A stretch of DNA of 64,000 nucleotides from Alphaproteobacteria bacterium (GTDB taxonomy: Bacteria > Pseudomonadota > Alphaproteobacteria > UBA828): the NCBI GenBank assembly GCA_963422645.2, contig CAXXVO010000020.1:1-64000 (forward strand), given 5' to 3'. The notes under the pieces are model-generated. The model ran no database searches, was not told where the DNA came from, and saw nothing but the letters and a program-made list of their open reading frames with translations. Positions 33,878 through 45,080 of the stretch are shown here, one piece after another. Numbering within the stretch: the stretch's first letter is position 1; each line of letters starts with the position of its first letter. The translations under genes were made by a program, and so were the position numbers.

Positions 33878-34713
33878 GCGGGCGGATCGAGCGGCGCTTC
33901 ACCGCGCTCGCCGAGGAGGGCCGGGCCGGGCTCGTCACCTTCACGATGATGGGCGACCCGGACATCGAGACTTCCTACACCATCCTGGAAGGGCTCGCCG
34001 AGGCCGGTGCCGATGTTATCGAGATCGGCTCGCCCTTCACCGATCCGATGGCCGATGGGCCGGTGATTCAGCGGGCGGGCCAGCGCGCGCTCCGCGCCGG
34101 CATCACGCTCGGCAAGTCGCTTGAGCTGGCGCGGCGCTTCCGGGCGCAGGACGACACGACGCCGCTGGTCCTGATGGGCTACTACAATCCGATCTACATC
34201 TATGGCGTGGAGCGCTTCCTGAACGATGCGCTGGAGGTCGGGCTCGACGGCATGATCGTGGTCGATCTGCCGCCAGAGGAGGATGCCGAGCTGTGCCGGC
34301 CGGCGCTCGACGCGGGGCTCTCCTTCGTGCGCCTGGTAGCGCCGACGACCGACGAGGCCCGTCTGCCGGCCGTCCTGACCAACACCAGCGGCTTCGTCTA
34401 TTACATCTCGATCACCGGGATCACCGGCGCGGCCGGCGCCACCACCGCCGCGACGCAAAAGGCGGTCGACCGGCTGAGGCGCCATACGGCGCTGCCCATT
34501 GCGGTTGGCTTCGGCATCAAGACGCCGGATCAGGCGGCGGAGGTCGCGCGGGTGGCGGACGCTGCGGTCGTGGGTTCCGCCCTAATCTCGGCGATCGAGG
34601 AGGCGTTGGACGCGGACGGCGGGGCGACGGCCGCCTGCCGCGATAACGCGCTCGCGCTGGTGCGCGCGCTCGGCGAGGGCGTGCGCGCGGCGCGGCAGGA
34701 GGCTGCATCGTGA
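33874..34713 (+). CDS. trpA: Tryptophan synthase alpha chain
   Basis: [25 protein letters not shown]. Confidence 0.97.
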   Translation: MSGRIERRFTALAEEGRAGLVTFTMMGDPDIETSYTILEGLAEAGADVIEIGSPFTDPMADGPVIQRAGQRALRAGITLGKSLELARRFRAQDDTTPLVLMGYYNPIYIYGVERFLNDALEVGLDGMIVVDLPPEEDAELCRPALDAGLSFVRLVAPTTDEARLPAVLTNTSGFVYYISITGITGAAGATTAATQKAVDRLRRHTALPIAVGFGIKTPDQAAEVARVADAAVVGSALISAIEEALDADGGATAACRDNALALVRALGEGVRAARQEAAS

Positions 34714-35645
34714 GCTGGCTCGACCGATTCTCGCGCCCCAAGGTGAGCGGCCTGTTCCGCAAGACCGACATCCCCCAGGACCTGTGGGAGAAGTGCGAGA
34801 AGTGCGAACAGATGATTTTTCACCGCGAGCTGGAGAGCAATCTCCGGGTCTGCCCGCGCTGCGACCATCACATGCGGCTCGGCGCCGAGCCGCGGCTCGC
34901 GCAGCTCTTCGACGAGGAGAAATATCAGAGTATCGAGCTGCCGGCGGTGGACGAGGATCCCCTCCGCTTCCGTGACCGCAAGCGCTATGCGGACCGCCTG
35001 CGCGAGGCGCGCAGCAAGACCGGCCATGACGACGCCATCGTGGTCGCTCACGGCCAGATCGGAGGCTCGCCGGCGGTCGTCGCCGCGTTCGATTTCGGCT
35101 TCCTCGGCGGCTCGATGGGCACCGCCGTCGGCGAAGGCCTGCTGGCCGCGGCCCGGCTCGCGGTGCTGCAGGAAGCGCCACTGATCGTGATCCCGTCCTC
35201 GGGCGGCGCACGGATGCAGGAGGGCGTGCTCTCGCTGATGCAGATGGCGCGCACCACCATCGCGGTCGACGAGCTGAAGGAAGCGGGCGTGCCCTATATC
35301 GTCCTTCTGACCAATCCGACGACCGGCGGCGTGACCGCCTCCTTCGCGATGCTCGGCGACATCGCCATCGCCGAGCCGGGAGCCGTGATCGGATTCGCGG
35401 GCCCGCGCGTGATCGAGGAGACGATCCGGGAGCGGCTGCCCGAGGGCTTTCAGCGCGCCGAATACCTGCGCGATCACGGCATGGTCGACATGGTGGTGCA
35501 TCGCCGCAAGCTGCGCGAGACCCTGTCGCTGCTGCTGTCGCTGCTGCGCGAGAAGAGGCCCGCGGCGGAGATCATCGCCCTGCACAGGAACGCGCCCGAC
35601 ACGGGCGGGGGCAGGGACCTGCCTGCATCGGCCAGCGCCGAGTAA
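34710..35645 (+). CDS. accD: Acetyl-CoA carboxylase carboxyltransferase beta
   Basis: LWEKC Zn finger, [23 protein letters not shown]. Confidence 0.97.
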   Translation: MSWLDRFSRPKVSGLFRKTDIPQDLWEKCEKCEQMIFHRELESNLRVCPRCDHHMRLGAEPRLAQLFDEEKYQSIELPAVDEDPLRFRDRKRYADRLREARSKTGHDDAIVVAHGQIGGSPAVVAAFDFGFLGGSMGTAVGEGLLAAARLAVLQEAPLIVIPSSGGARMQEGVLSLMQMARTTIAVDELKEAGVPYIVLLTNPTTGGVTASFAMLGDIAIAEPGAVIGFAGPRVIEETIRERLPEGFQRAEYLRDHGMVDMVVHRRKLRETLSLLLSLLREKRPAAEIIALHRNAPDTGGGRDLPASASAE

Positions 35646-35690
35646 GCGGCGCGCGGTCGCGTTCTCCGCGGCCTGCGCGTGCCGAGTAAA

Positions 35691-37001
35691 ATGAGCGTGG
35701 CGTCCAAGCCGGCAGCGCCGCGCGAAAGTGACGCGATCCTCGCCCGGCTGCTTGACCTCCATCCAAAGGCCATCGATCTCTCGCTTGGGCGTATGACCCG
35801 GCTGCTCGATGCGCTCGGCAACCCGGAGCACGCCATGCCGCCGGTGATCCACGTCGCCGGCACCAACGGCAAGGGCAGCGTTGTCGCCTATCTCGAAGCG
35901 ATGCTGCGCGCGGCGGGTTACCGGGTGAACAGCTACGTCTCGCCGCACCTGGTTCGCTTCGCCGAGCGGATCAGGCTGGACGGTGTGCCGATCGCCGAAG
36001 ACTCGTTGCGCGGCAGCCTCGCCCATTGCGAGGCGGTCAACGAGGGGGCGCCGATCACCTACTTCGAGATCACCACGGCGGCGGCGTTCCACGCCTTCGA
36101 GCGCGATCCCTCCGATGTGCTGCTGCTGGAAGTCGGGCTCGGCGGCCGGCTCGACGCCACCAACGTGATCGCCCGCCCGGCGCTCACCGTCATCACCCCG
36201 GTCTCCATCGACCACACCCACTTTCTGGGCGAGACGCTCCCGCTGATTGCCGCCGAGAAGGCCGGAATTTTGAAACGGGGTGTGACTGGCGTGATCGGGC
36301 GACAGGAGGCGGATGCCGGCGCGGTCATCGAGGGTGTTGCCGAGCGAGTCGGCGCACCGCTCGCGCGGCTGGACCGGGAGTGGTCGTTCGAGCGCGCTGC
36401 GGAGCAACTGGTCGTCCGAGACGCCAGCGGCGGCGGGCGCTACCCGCTGCCGGGGCTCGCCGGCGGCCATCAGGTCGAGAACGCGGCGCTTGCCGCCGTC
36501 TGCGCGCGGCTGCTTCCCGGCATCGATGTCGGCGACGACGCCATCGCCCAAGGGCTGCGTCAGGCGCGCTGGCCGGGGCGGCTCCAGCGCATCCCCTGGG
36601 ATGGCCTCGCCGAAGGCTGGGAGCTCTGGGTCGATGGCGGCCACAACGAGGCGGCTGCGATGGCGCTCGCGCGCGTCGCCGAGAGCTGGACCGACCGGCC
36701 CCTCGACCTCGTGGTCGGCATGCTGAACACGAGGCCGCCCGAGGATTATCTCAGGCCCTTAGCACCCTTCGTGCGGAGACTGGCGGCGGTGGCGATTCCC
36801 GATCAGCCCGCGAGCAGGGCGGCGGACGAGATCCACTCGGCCGCGCGCTCCTTCGATATTGCTTCGGAGACGGACAGCAGTGTCGGCGCGGCCGTCACGC
36901 GCCTCTCGTCGGGCGCGGCTAAGCCCAGCCGCATCCTGGTGTGCGGCTCGCTCTATCTCGCTGGCGACGTGCTGGCGACAGCCGGCGTGCCGGCCGCTTG
37001 A
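35691..37001 (+). CDS. folC: Folylpolyglutamate/dihydrofolate synthase
   Basis: HVAGTNGKGS, EVGLGGRLDATN, DGGHN; start uncertain. Confidence 0.96.
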   Translation: MSVASKPAAPRESDAILARLLDLHPKAIDLSLGRMTRLLDALGNPEHAMPPVIHVAGTNGKGSVVAYLEAMLRAAGYRVNSYVSPHLVRFAERIRLDGVPIAEDSLRGSLAHCEAVNEGAPITYFEITTAAAFHAFERDPSDVLLLEVGLGGRLDATNVIARPALTVITPVSIDHTHFLGETLPLIAAEKAGILKRGVTGVIGRQEADAGAVIEGVAERVGAPLARLDREWSFERAAEQLVVRDASGGGRYPLPGLAGGHQVENAALAAVCARLLPGIDVGDDAIAQGLRQARWPGRLQRIPWDGLAEGWELWVDGGHNEAAAMALARVAESWTDRPLDLVVGMLNTRPPEDYLRPLAPFVRRLAAVAIPDQPASRAADEIHSAARSFDIASETDSSVGAAVTRLSSGAAKPSRILVCGSLYLAGDVLATAGVPAA

Positions 37002-37011
37002 GCGGAGGAGG

Positions 37012-37332
37012 CTAGACCGCGCCGCGCAGCCACTCGGCGAGCTTGGCCTTGGGCAGCGCGCCGACCTTGGTGTCGGCGACCTCGCCGTTCTTGAAGAGGA
37101 TCAGAGTCGGAATGCCTCGGATGCCGTACTTCGCCGGCGTCGAGGGGTTCGAGTCCACATCCAGCTTGGCGACCGAGAGCGAGTCGCTCATCTCGCCGGC
37201 GATCTCTTCGAGCGCAGGCGCGATCGCCTTGCACGGACCGCACCAGTCGGCCCAAAAGTCGACCAGCACCGGGCCCTCGGCGTTGAGGACCTTCTCTTCG
37301 AACTCGCCGTCTGTGACGTGGGTGACGCTCAT
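37012..37332 (-). CDS. trxA: Thioredoxin
   Basis: WCGPC, GIPTL. Confidence 0.97.
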   Translation of the reverse strand: MSVTHVTDGEFEEKVLNAEGPVLVDFWADWCGPCKAIAPALEEIAGEMSDSLSVAKLDVDSNPSTPAKYGIRGIPTLILFKNGEVADTKVGALPKAKLAEWLRGAV

Positions 37333-37419
37333 GGATACTCCTCCGGGGCGGCAGCAGTCGGAATGTAGGGAGCGCTCGGGGGCCCGTCAACGGGGCCCAT
37401 GGTCGTTACTCGAACGCGG

Positions 37420-37713
37420 TCATTGTTCTGCCAGGAGCGCGGTCGCGATGGTGCGCCATTCGCGGCGCAGCGCCAGCTCCGACGCCGGGCGGCCCGCGCG
37501 CCGGTACCAGTAGCCCGCGTTGCGAGGGTCGCCCTCGACCCGGTGGAGATAGGCGTGGACCCAGGCGCCGGCCGCCCCCTTGTCCGCCTGGGCGAGGCCG
37601 TGGGCTTCGTCCCACGCGCCCTTCGCCTCCTGCCAGAGCGCCTGGAGCGGCTTGCTCAGGCCGTCTGGCGGTGCGGCGCCCTCGAGCGATTCTTCGAATG
37701 TGGCCATGTCCAT
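37420..37713 (-). CDS. Conserved hypothetical protein
   Basis: WDEAH..AQ..WVHAYLHRVEGD..NAGYWY. Confidence 0.8.
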   Translation of the reverse strand: MDMATFEESLEGAAPPDGLSKPLQALWQEAKGAWDEAHGLAQADKGAAGAWVHAYLHRVEGDPRNAGYWYRRAGRPASELALRREWRTIATALLAEQ

Positions 37714-37744
37714 GACGCGTCTCCCATGAGTCCTCACCCCGCTG

Positions 37745-39868
37745 TCACGCGGTGCCGTCCGCGCTCGGGGCGAGGGTGATCTCAAAATTACCGTAGGTAT
37801 CGACCGTGAGCGTTTGTCCCGGGTGAACCACGACCGTGGTGACCTCGGTGTCGATGACGGCCGGCCCCTCGATCCGGTTGCCCGGCACGAGCCGTGCGCC
37901 TTCGAAGATCGGGGTCTCGGCCCGGCGGCCCCACGACGCCCAATAGACCGAGCGAGAGGGACGCTTGGCCTGCGGCGCGGGCTCGGGGTCAAGCAGGTCC
38001 GCCGTCGACAACAGGGGCTTGCGCGTGATGCCCGAGGCGCGGCAACGGAAGGTGACGATTTCCAGCTGCGCGCCCGGCAGCGCGGCGCCCCGGCCATAGA
38101 GCGCCTCGTAGCGCTGGCGAAACTCCTCGTGGAGCGCGTCGATCCGGTCGGCGGCGACGGTCTCGCCATCCAACTCGACCTCGACCTCGTTGATTTGCCC
38201 CTTGTGCCGCATATCGAGGGTGAAGCGGTAGCGGCGATCCGCCGGGGCCACGTCGTCCGCCGCGAGATCGGCGGCGCCCCGCGTCTTGAGCTCAGCGAGC
38301 ATCGCGTTGATTTCTGCCGCATCGAAGGGCGAGCGCATGATGTTGACGCGCTCGTGGACGTGCAGCAGGTCCGCCGCCGCCGCGCCGAAGGCGCACCAGA
38401 CAGAGGCGGTCTCGCGCTGGGGGACGATGACCGTGGAGACCCCGAGTTCCTGCGCGAACACCCCCGCGTGAGCCGGCCCCGCGCCGCCGAAGGCGAAGAG
38501 CACGAAGTCGCGCGGATCGTGGCCCTTCTGAATCGTCACCTTGCGAATCAGGTCGGCCATCTGAAATTCGGCGATGCGGGCGATGCCGCTCGCGGTCTCG
38601 TCGAGGCCCAGGCCCAGGCGCTCGCCCATGGGCGCGAGTGCGTGCGCCGCGGCATCGCGGTCCAGCGTGATAGCGCCGCCCGCGAAGTTGTCGGGGTCGA
38701 GATAGCCGAGGACCAGGTCCGCGTCCGTGACCGTCGGTACCGTGCCGCCCCGGCCGTAGCAGACCGGGCCGGGATCGGCGCCGGCGCTCTCCGGTCCTAC
38801 GCGAAGGGCGCCCGTGGCTTCGTCGAAGCGCGCCATGCTGCCGCCGCCCGCACCGATCACCTGGATGTCCACCTTGGAGAGGTAGTACTCGTACTGGTGG
38901 ACCAGGCTGCGGTAGGAGAACGCCGGCTCGCCGCCGTGGATGATGCCGACGTCGAAGGATGTGCCGCCCATGTCGGTGGTGATGACGTTGTCGTAGCCCA
39001 TGATGCCGCCGGCGTAGCGCGAGCCGGTGACGCCGGAGACGGGGCCCGAATCGAGGGTGAGCAGGGGCGCCGCCATCGCCTTGGCGACGGGGATCGTGCC
39101 GCCCGCGCACTGGGTGATCTGCAAGGGGTGGTGATAGCCGAGATCGGTGGTGCGCCGGTCCATGCGGGCGAGATAGCCGGTGACCAGCGGGCCGATGTAG
39201 GCATTGAGCGCGACGGCGGCGGTGCGCTCGTACTCGCCCCACTTGGGCACCAGCTCCGACGAGCATGTGGCGAAGAGGTCCGGCGCGATGCGCTCAACCA
39301 TCGCTTTGACCCGCTCCTCGTGCTCGGGCGCGAGGAAGGACCAGAGGAAGCAGATCGCGATCGCCTCGACGCCGTCCGCGACCAGCCGGCGGATCGCCTG
39401 CTCAGCCTCCTCCTCGTTCAGCTCGACGACGACCTTGCCGAAGCAATCCACCCGCTCCGACACGCCTTCGACGAGATACTTGGGGACGATGGGGTCGGGC
39501 TTGCTGCTCTCAGGGATATGAACGACGAGGCGGATGTCGCGGCCGGTGAGCCCGCGCGAGCCCCGCATGATGTGGATGACGTCGTTGTGGCCCTTGGTGG
39601 TGATGAGGCCGACCCTGGCGCCCCGCTTCTGAATGATCGCGTTGGTTCCGACCGTGGTGCCGTGGGCCAGCACCGCAAGCTCACGGCAGAGCGCATCCAG
39701 CGGCGTGCCGAGCTTGCCGGCGACGATGTCGATGGCGGCGATCAGCCCCTCGCCGAAATCGGAGGGTGTGGAAGGCGCCTTGCCGGTGGTGACGCGGCCG
39801 GCCTCGTCCACCACCACGCAGTCGGTGAAGGTGCCGCCGATGTCGATACCGCAGAGATAGGTGCTCAT
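37745..39868 (-). CDS. Hydantoinase/oxoprolinase A subunit
   Basis: GIDIGGTFTD, HGTTVGTNA, DMGGTSFD, SAGADPGP. Confidence 0.93.
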   Translation of the reverse strand: MSTYLCGIDIGGTFTDCVVVDEAGRVTTGKAPSTPSDFGEGLIAAIDIVAGKLGTPLDALCRELAVLAHGTTVGTNAIIQKRGARVGLITTKGHNDVIHIMRGSRGLTGRDIRLVVHIPESSKPDPIVPKYLVEGVSERVDCFGKVVVELNEEEAEQAIRRLVADGVEAIAICFLWSFLAPEHEERVKAMVERIAPDLFATCSSELVPKWGEYERTAAVALNAYIGPLVTGYLARMDRRTTDLGYHHPLQITQCAGGTIPVAKAMAAPLLTLDSGPVSGVTGSRYAGGIMGYDNVITTDMGGTSFDVGIIHGGEPAFSYRSLVHQYEYYLSKVDIQVIGAGGGSMARFDEATGALRVGPESAGADPGPVCYGRGGTVPTVTDADLVLGYLDPDNFAGGAITLDRDAAAHALAPMGERLGLGLDETASGIARIAEFQMADLIRKVTIQKGHDPRDFVLFAFGGAGPAHAGVFAQELGVSTVIVPQRETASVWCAFGAAAADLLHVHERVNIMRSPFDAAEINAMLAELKTRGAADLAADDVAPADRRYRFTLDMRHKGQINEVEVELDGETVAADRIDALHEEFRQRYEALYGRGAALPGAQLEIVTFRCRASGITRKPLLSTADLLDPEPAPQAKRPSRSVYWASWGRRAETPIFEGARLVPGNRIEGPAVIDTEVTTVVVHPGQTLTVDTYGNFEITLAPSADGTA

Positions 39869-39908
39869 GGAAACTCTTGGGGACGTTCCTGGGCGCGGGG
39901 TGAAGGCG

Positions 39909-40106
39909 TCAGTCGAAGAGCGCGACGGCCTTGGTCCAGCCGCCCGGCAGCTGGTCCTCGGTGAGGCCCGGAAAGAGCTCGCACATGAGCGCCGCGTTCT
40001 CCTTGCCCGTCACGTAGCGAATCGAGGGCCGCATGAAATTCGGGTCCACGACCGTCTCGTTGTCGAGGGGTTGGGAGATATCGACGATCTTGGACGGCAG
40101 CTTCAT
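39909..40106 (-). pseudogene. Internally deleted cyclase (kynurenine formamidase-like) gene
   Basis: Family N-terminus (IVDISQPL..LFPGL..QLPG) fused directly to family C-terminus (GWTKAVALFD); metal-binding core absent. Confidence 0.7.
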
Positions 40107-40207
40107 CAAGGATTTTCCTTGGGGCTGCCCCTTGTGCCCAAGGGGCGCGCCGGAGTCGAGGGAGAGATTCTTTATCGGATTGGGTGTGGGCGCGTTAGAA
40201 TGGCGCC

Positions 40208-40426
40208 ATGGCCATCGTACGCACAATCCTCTGGTCGCTGGCAAAGCGTGCCGCCACGGACCCGCGCGTGCAGAAGAAGGCGGGGCAGGCCTTGCGCACT
40301 GTCGACAAGAGCATGGACAAGGCCGCCGACAAGGTCGCGGACGTCGCCGCCGCCAAGGACCCCGTGCGCGAGGCGGGCAAGATGCTCGGCGCCTTATTCT
40401 CCGGCGAGGAGCGGCCCAAGCGCTGA
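40208..40426 (+). CDS. Small hypothetical protein
   Basis: 72-aa ORF with GC3-rich codons filling an intergenic gap. Confidence 0.55.
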   Translation: MAIVRTILWSLAKRAATDPRVQKKAGQALRTVDKSMDKAADKVADVAAAKDPVREAGKMLGALFSGEERPKR

Positions 40427-40449
40427 GGGCTCGCCGTTGCCGGTCCATC

Positions 40450-40536
<87 letters not shown>

Positions 40537-40545
40537 CAGGTCAGA

Positions 40546-40632
40546 TGGTGCGGCTGAGAGGACTCGAACCTCCACGGGGTCGCCCCCACAGCGCCCTCAA
40601 CGCTGCGCGTCTACCAGTTCCGCCACAGCCGC
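40546..40632 (-). tRNA. tRNA-Leu(GAG)
   Basis: 87 nt, long variable arm, anticodon GAG, CCA end. Confidence 0.95.
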
Positions 40633-40713
40633 AAGACACCCAAGTTCGAAGAGCGGGCGGGGCGGAGAAAACAGGGTAAGGCGGCGTCTTGTCAAGCCAC
40701 CATCGGTAGTGGG

Positions 40714-41727
40714 CTACGCGCGGCCGCGGCGTCCGGCGCCGGCCTCGGGCTTGAAGGGGCGGGCGAGCAGGCCGCCGACCGCGTCCTTGATCGAGGCGCC
40801 CCGATGAAGCACCGCGTGCACGGCACCCGCGATAGGCATCTCCACCCCGAGGCCGCCGGCCATGGTCATGACCGCCGGCGCACTGGTCACACCCTCGGTT
40901 ACGGCTTCGCGTGCGCCGAGCACCGTGCCCGGCTCCGCGCCGGCGCCCAGAGCGCGGCCGAAACTGAAGTTGCGCGACTCGTCGCTGGTGCAGGTCAGCA
41001 CGAGGTCGCCCAGGCCCGAGAGGCCGGCGAGGGTCTCTGCACGCGCGCCCCTGGCGGCAGCAAGCCGCGTGAGCTCGGCGAAGCCGCGCGCGATGACGGC
41101 GGCGCGGGCGTTGTCGCCCAGGCCGCGGCCGATGGTGATGCCGGCAGCGATCGCGATGACATTCTTCACCGCGCCGCCGATCTGCACGCCGATCAGATCG
41201 TCCGTCAGATAAGGGCGGAAGGCCGGGCCGCCGAGCGCGTCCACCACCGCCTGGCCCAGGCGCGCGTCCTCACAGGCGAGAGAGACGGCGGCAGGGAGGC
41301 CCTGGGCCACCTCGCGCGCGAAGGTGGGGCCGGAGAGCGCGGCGAGGGGCAGCCCCGGTGCTGCGCGGCGCAGGGCGTCGCTCAGCAGCGCGCCGGTCTG
41401 CCGCTCGATCCCCTTGGCACAGACCACGCAGGGCGGCATGCGGTCGGCAGCTTGGGTCAGCTCCTCCACGATGGCGGCGAGATTCTGGGCCGGCGTCACC
41501 AGGAGCAGGAGATCGGCGTCCGCGGCTTCGCTCAGATCGTCCGTCGCCCGAATCGCCGGGTCGAGGGGGACGCCCGGCAGGAAGCGCCGGTTCTCGTGAT
41601 GGTCGTTGATGGCGGTGGGGACGTCGGGCTCGCGCGCCCAGAGCGTCACCGTGCGGCCTGCGCGCGCCGCCACCGTCGCGAGCGCCGTGCCCCACGCACC
41701 GCCGCCGATCACGCCGATGCGCTTCAT
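40714..41727 (-). CDS. gpsA: NAD(P)H glycerol-3-phosphate dehydrogenase
   Basis: GGGAWGTALA, SGPTFA, GGAVKNVIAIA, GLGDL, SRN. Confidence 0.96.
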   Translation of the reverse strand: MKRIGVIGGGAWGTALATVAARAGRTVTLWAREPDVPTAINDHHENRRFLPGVPLDPAIRATDDLSEAADADLLLLVTPAQNLAAIVEELTQAADRMPPCVVCAKGIERQTGALLSDALRRAAPGLPLAALSGPTFAREVAQGLPAAVSLACEDARLGQAVVDALGGPAFRPYLTDDLIGVQIGGAVKNVIAIAAGITIGRGLGDNARAAVIARGFAELTRLAAARGARAETLAGLSGLGDLVLTCTSDESRNFSFGRALGAGAEPGTVLGAREAVTEGVTSAPAVMTMAGGLGVEMPIAGAVHAVLHRGASIKDAVGGLLARPFKPEAGAGRRGRA

Positions 41728-41832
41728 CGTCTCGCACTCGCCAGCGAGAGTTCGGGGCCCATGGGCTCACAATGTGGGAGCGCGCCACATCGGAAGCAAG
41801 GCGCCAAGTCGATCGAACCTGCGCTCACGCAG

Positions 41833-42687
41833 CTAGGGCAGCCGGTAGAAGGAAATCGCGTTGTCGCGGAAGAGATTTCTCATCTCGCTCTCGGAGCTGC
41901 CGCTTATCGTCCATTCGACGATATCGACCCAGTCTTCGTACGCATGCGTCAGCTCGGACACCGACCAATCGCTGCCGAACATGACGCGATCGATGCCGAA
42001 GGCGCCGATGGCGTGATCGAGGTAGGGCCGCAACTGCTCCCGCGTCCAGTTGTCGTGATCCGCCTCGGTTATGACACCCGAAATCTTGCAGCAGACATTG
42101 GGGAAGGCTGCCATGGCGCGAAGATCCTTGCGCCAGGGGTCGAATTCTCCCGCTCGAATCGGCGGCTTGCCGATATGGTCGAGTACGAAGCGGACATCGG
42201 GGCAGCGTCGCACCAGCTCGACGGCGTTGGCGAGCTGACGGTGGTTCACGCAGATGTCGAAGCTCAGGTCGTACTTGGCCAGCAGCCTGACGCCTTCGAT
42301 GAAGCCCGGCTGCAGGCAAAAGTCGATGTCGGGCTCGAACTCGATCAGCCGGCGAACCGCCTTCACATGCTCCATGTCCGCAAGCTGGGCCAATGCGCCC
42401 TCGATTTGCGCGCCCTCTTCCAACGACACCGAGGCGACGATGCCCCGCAATTGCGGCGTCGACTCGAAGAGAGACGAGACCCACTCCGCCTCGGCCATCT
42501 GATGCGGCTTGTCGATCCAGACCTCCACGAACACGATTCGCTCGACGGGTAGGGTGCCGATGGCGGCCTGGAAGTCGGCCGGCAAGTGGGGGCTGTTGAG
42601 CTTCGGGACGTCCTTCATCCATGCGTAGGGGAAACGTCGCGTGTCGTAGAGATGGACGTGGGCGTCGACGATTGGAAAACTCGCCAT
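41833..42687 (-). CDS. Amidohydrolase-2 family (lactonase-like)
   Basis: VDAHVH, LDHIGKP, CKISG, MFGSDW. Confidence 0.9.
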   Translation of the reverse strand: MASFPIVDAHVHLYDTRRFPYAWMKDVPKLNSPHLPADFQAAIGTLPVERIVFVEVWIDKPHQMAEAEWVSSLFESTPQLRGIVASVSLEEGAQIEGALAQLADMEHVKAVRRLIEFEPDIDFCLQPGFIEGVRLLAKYDLSFDICVNHRQLANAVELVRRCPDVRFVLDHIGKPPIRAGEFDPWRKDLRAMAAFPNVCCKISGVITEADHDNWTREQLRPYLDHAIGAFGIDRVMFGSDWSVSELTHAYEDWVDIVEWTISGSSESEMRNLFRDNAISFYRLP

Positions 42688-42871
42688 CCTCCCCTCCCTG
42701 TCGTTGTCCGCCTGCCCGGAGTGCGTCAGGCAGGTTCTTGCTGTTGGTTGCGGGCGGTCTCTTTCATGCCCGCGGGCAATCCGCCGATACTATGTCGAAA
42801 CGATGCTCGGCGCGTCATGCCGGTGGTTGCTTGAAAACCTGTCGGACGATGCCAGGGCAGGGGAGGGCTGC

Positions 42872-43690
42872 ATGATGCACATTGTTGCGGGAATTGGGCG
42901 TCTGCTTGCCGTTGCGCTCGGTGTCGTTGCGGCGGACTCCGCTTCATGGGCCGATACGCCCTTCGAGATGGTGGAGATCCCGGGCGGCAGCTTCGAGATG
43001 GGCGATGCCGACGGCCGGCCGGACGAAGAGCCCCGGCCCGTCACTGTCGCGCCGTTTCGTCTCATGCAGTTCGAGGTGACGAACGCCCAGTTCGCCACCT
43101 TCGTCGCCGAGACCGGGCACGTGACCGATCCGGAGCGGCGCGGCTTCGGCTATGTCTGGCCGGGGCGCTGGGTCAAGGTGCCGGGCGCAGACTGGCGGCA
43201 TCGCAGCGGGCCAGCGTCGAATCCCATCGGCCTCGACGACCATCCGGTGGTGCAGGTGAGCTGGCAGGACACCCGCGCCTTCTGCCGCCACCACGGGCTT
43301 CGTCTGCCGAGCGAGGAGGAGTGGGAGTTCGCCGCGCGCGGCAGGGACGGGCGCATCTTCCCCTGGGGCGAGGGGGCGCCGGACGAGGGCGGCGCCAGGC
43401 GCGCGAACTACGGCTCCACCGAGTGCTGCGCGGCGGACATGACCGACGGCTACCACGAGACCGCGCCCGTCGGCTCCTATCCCGCCGGGGTCTCGCCCTT
43501 CGGGCTTCACGACATGGCCGGCAATGTCTGGGAGTGGACGTCGAGCCCCGACGGCGACACCGGCAAGTACGTCATTCGGGGCGGCGGTTGGGGCAACAAT
43601 CCCTTCTGTCTGCGGGTGAGCTACCGCCACAAGAACCCACCCGACATCGGTCTCGACATGGTGGGTTTTCGCTGCGCCGGCGATCTCTAG
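42872..43690 (+). CDS. Formylglycine-generating enzyme (FGE-sulfatase) family protein
   Basis: EVTNAQF, RLPSEEEWEFAARG, DMAGNVWEW, GFRC; signal peptide. Confidence 0.9.
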   Translation: MMHIVAGIGRLLAVALGVVAADSASWADTPFEMVEIPGGSFEMGDADGRPDEEPRPVTVAPFRLMQFEVTNAQFATFVAETGHVTDPERRGFGYVWPGRWVKVPGADWRHRSGPASNPIGLDDHPVVQVSWQDTRAFCRHHGLRLPSEEEWEFAARGRDGRIFPWGEGAPDEGGARRANYGSTECCAADMTDGYHETAPVGSYPAGVSPFGLHDMAGNVWEWTSSPDGDTGKYVIRGGGWGNNPFCLRVSYRHKNPPDIGLDMVGFRCAGDL

Positions 43691-43693
43691 GCC

Positions 43694-43868
43694 GAGAGCG
43701 TTTCCGTTTTGCACGAAAACGCTCTCGCAATTTATCGCTCACGGCAACCGGCAATTCTATGGTTCCGCGCGCCTGTCGGCGCGACCCGGCGCCTGCGCGG
43801 GCGCGCCGCTTTCGCGGCGGGCCGCGGTCGCGACCTATCACGCGTCCGTCAATGACGGACACGCTCTC
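43694..43868. repeat. Intergenic palindromic/MITE-like element
   Basis: Terminal IRs GAGAGCGTTTCC / GGACACGCTCTC, each end also forming its own hairpin; between convergent genes. Confidence 0.5.
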
Positions 43869-43885
43869 AAGGATTCATGAGGAGC

Positions 43886-44959
43886 TTAGGCCTTTCGCCC
43901 CAATCGCCCCGGCACGCCGGCGCCCTGCGCCAGCCCGGCATCTTCGTCGAGGGGCCAGCGCGCGCGCGGCGATGCGTCGAGCGGGTCGGTGAGGCCACGC
44001 GCGAGCCGCTCGATCCCGGCCCAGGCGATCATCGCCGCATTGTCGGTGCAGAGCCTGGGCGGCGGGATGTTGAGGGCGAGGCCGCGAGCCGCCGCCAACT
44101 CTTGGATGCGGCGCCGAATCTCGCTGTTGGCCGCGACGCCGCCTGCCACCACCAACGCCGTCGGCTCCACCTTCGACTCGCGGAGCAGCGCGATCGCGTT
44201 CGCCGTGCGGTCGGCGAGCACGTCGGTGACCGCTGTCTGGAACGACGCCGCAAGGTCGGCGCGGCCGCGCGCCGATGGCGTGCCCATCGCCTGAACGGCG
44301 TGGAGCAGTGCCGTCTTGAGTCCCGAGAACGAGAAGTCGCACCCGGGCCGGCCGAACAGGGGCCGGGGCAGGGAGACGCGAGCCGAGTCGCCGTCCCTGG
44401 CTGCGCGCTCGATCGCGGGACCGCCCGGATAGCCAAGCTCCAGCAGCATCGCCGCCTTGTCGAAGGCCTCGCCCACCGCGTCGTCGATGGTGGTGCCGAG
44501 GCGCCGGTAGCGGTCGACCTCCTCGACCAGAAGCAGTTGGCAGTGCCCGCCCGAGACCAGCAGCAGCAGATAGGGGAACTCGAGGTCGGGCGCGATCAGC
44601 CGGGGGCTGAGCGCGTGCCCCTCCAGATGGTTGACCGCGAGCAAGGGCTTGTCGTGGACGGCGGCGATCGCCTTGCCGGTCATGAGCCCGATCATGACCG
44701 CGCCGATCAGGCCGGGTCCGGCGGTGGCGGCCACGCCGTCGAGCTCGGCGAAACCGACCTCGGCCTCCTCCATCGCGCGGGCGATGAGGCCGTCGAGATG
44801 CTCGACGTGGCTGCGCGCGGCGATCTCCGGCACGACACCGCCGTAGGGCGCGTGGTCGGCGCATTGGGAGAGCACGATGTCGGACAGCACCCGGCGCTCG
44901 CCGGTGACGACCGCGGCTGCCGTCTCGTCGCAGCTCGTCTCGATGCCGAGGACGATCAT
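43886..44959 (-). CDS. tsaD: tRNA threonylcarbamoyltransferase
   Basis: [29 protein letters not shown]. Confidence 0.97.
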   Translation of the reverse strand: MIVLGIETSCDETAAAVVTGERRVLSDIVLSQCADHAPYGGVVPEIAARSHVEHLDGLIARAMEEAEVGFAELDGVAATAGPGLIGAVMIGLMTGKAIAAVHDKPLLAVNHLEGHALSPRLIAPDLEFPYLLLLVSGGHCQLLLVEEVDRYRRLGTTIDDAVGEAFDKAAMLLELGYPGGPAIERAARDGDSARVSLPRPLFGRPGCDFSFSGLKTALLHAVQAMGTPSARGRADLAASFQTAVTDVLADRTANAIALLRESKVEPTALVVAGGVAANSEIRRRIQELAAARGLALNIPPPRLCTDNAAMIAWAGIERLARGLTDPLDASPRARWPLDEDAGLAQGAGVPGRLGRKA

Positions 44960-45080
44960 GGGCGCGAGCCTTAGCCGACGGAGGCCGGCGCCGCAACGAT
45001 CCCGGCCCTGTGCGGCCTGAAAGCACTCGCATCGGCCGGGTCCGCTGTGTAGAAGAGGCGCGACGCTCCGATTCGGTGCC

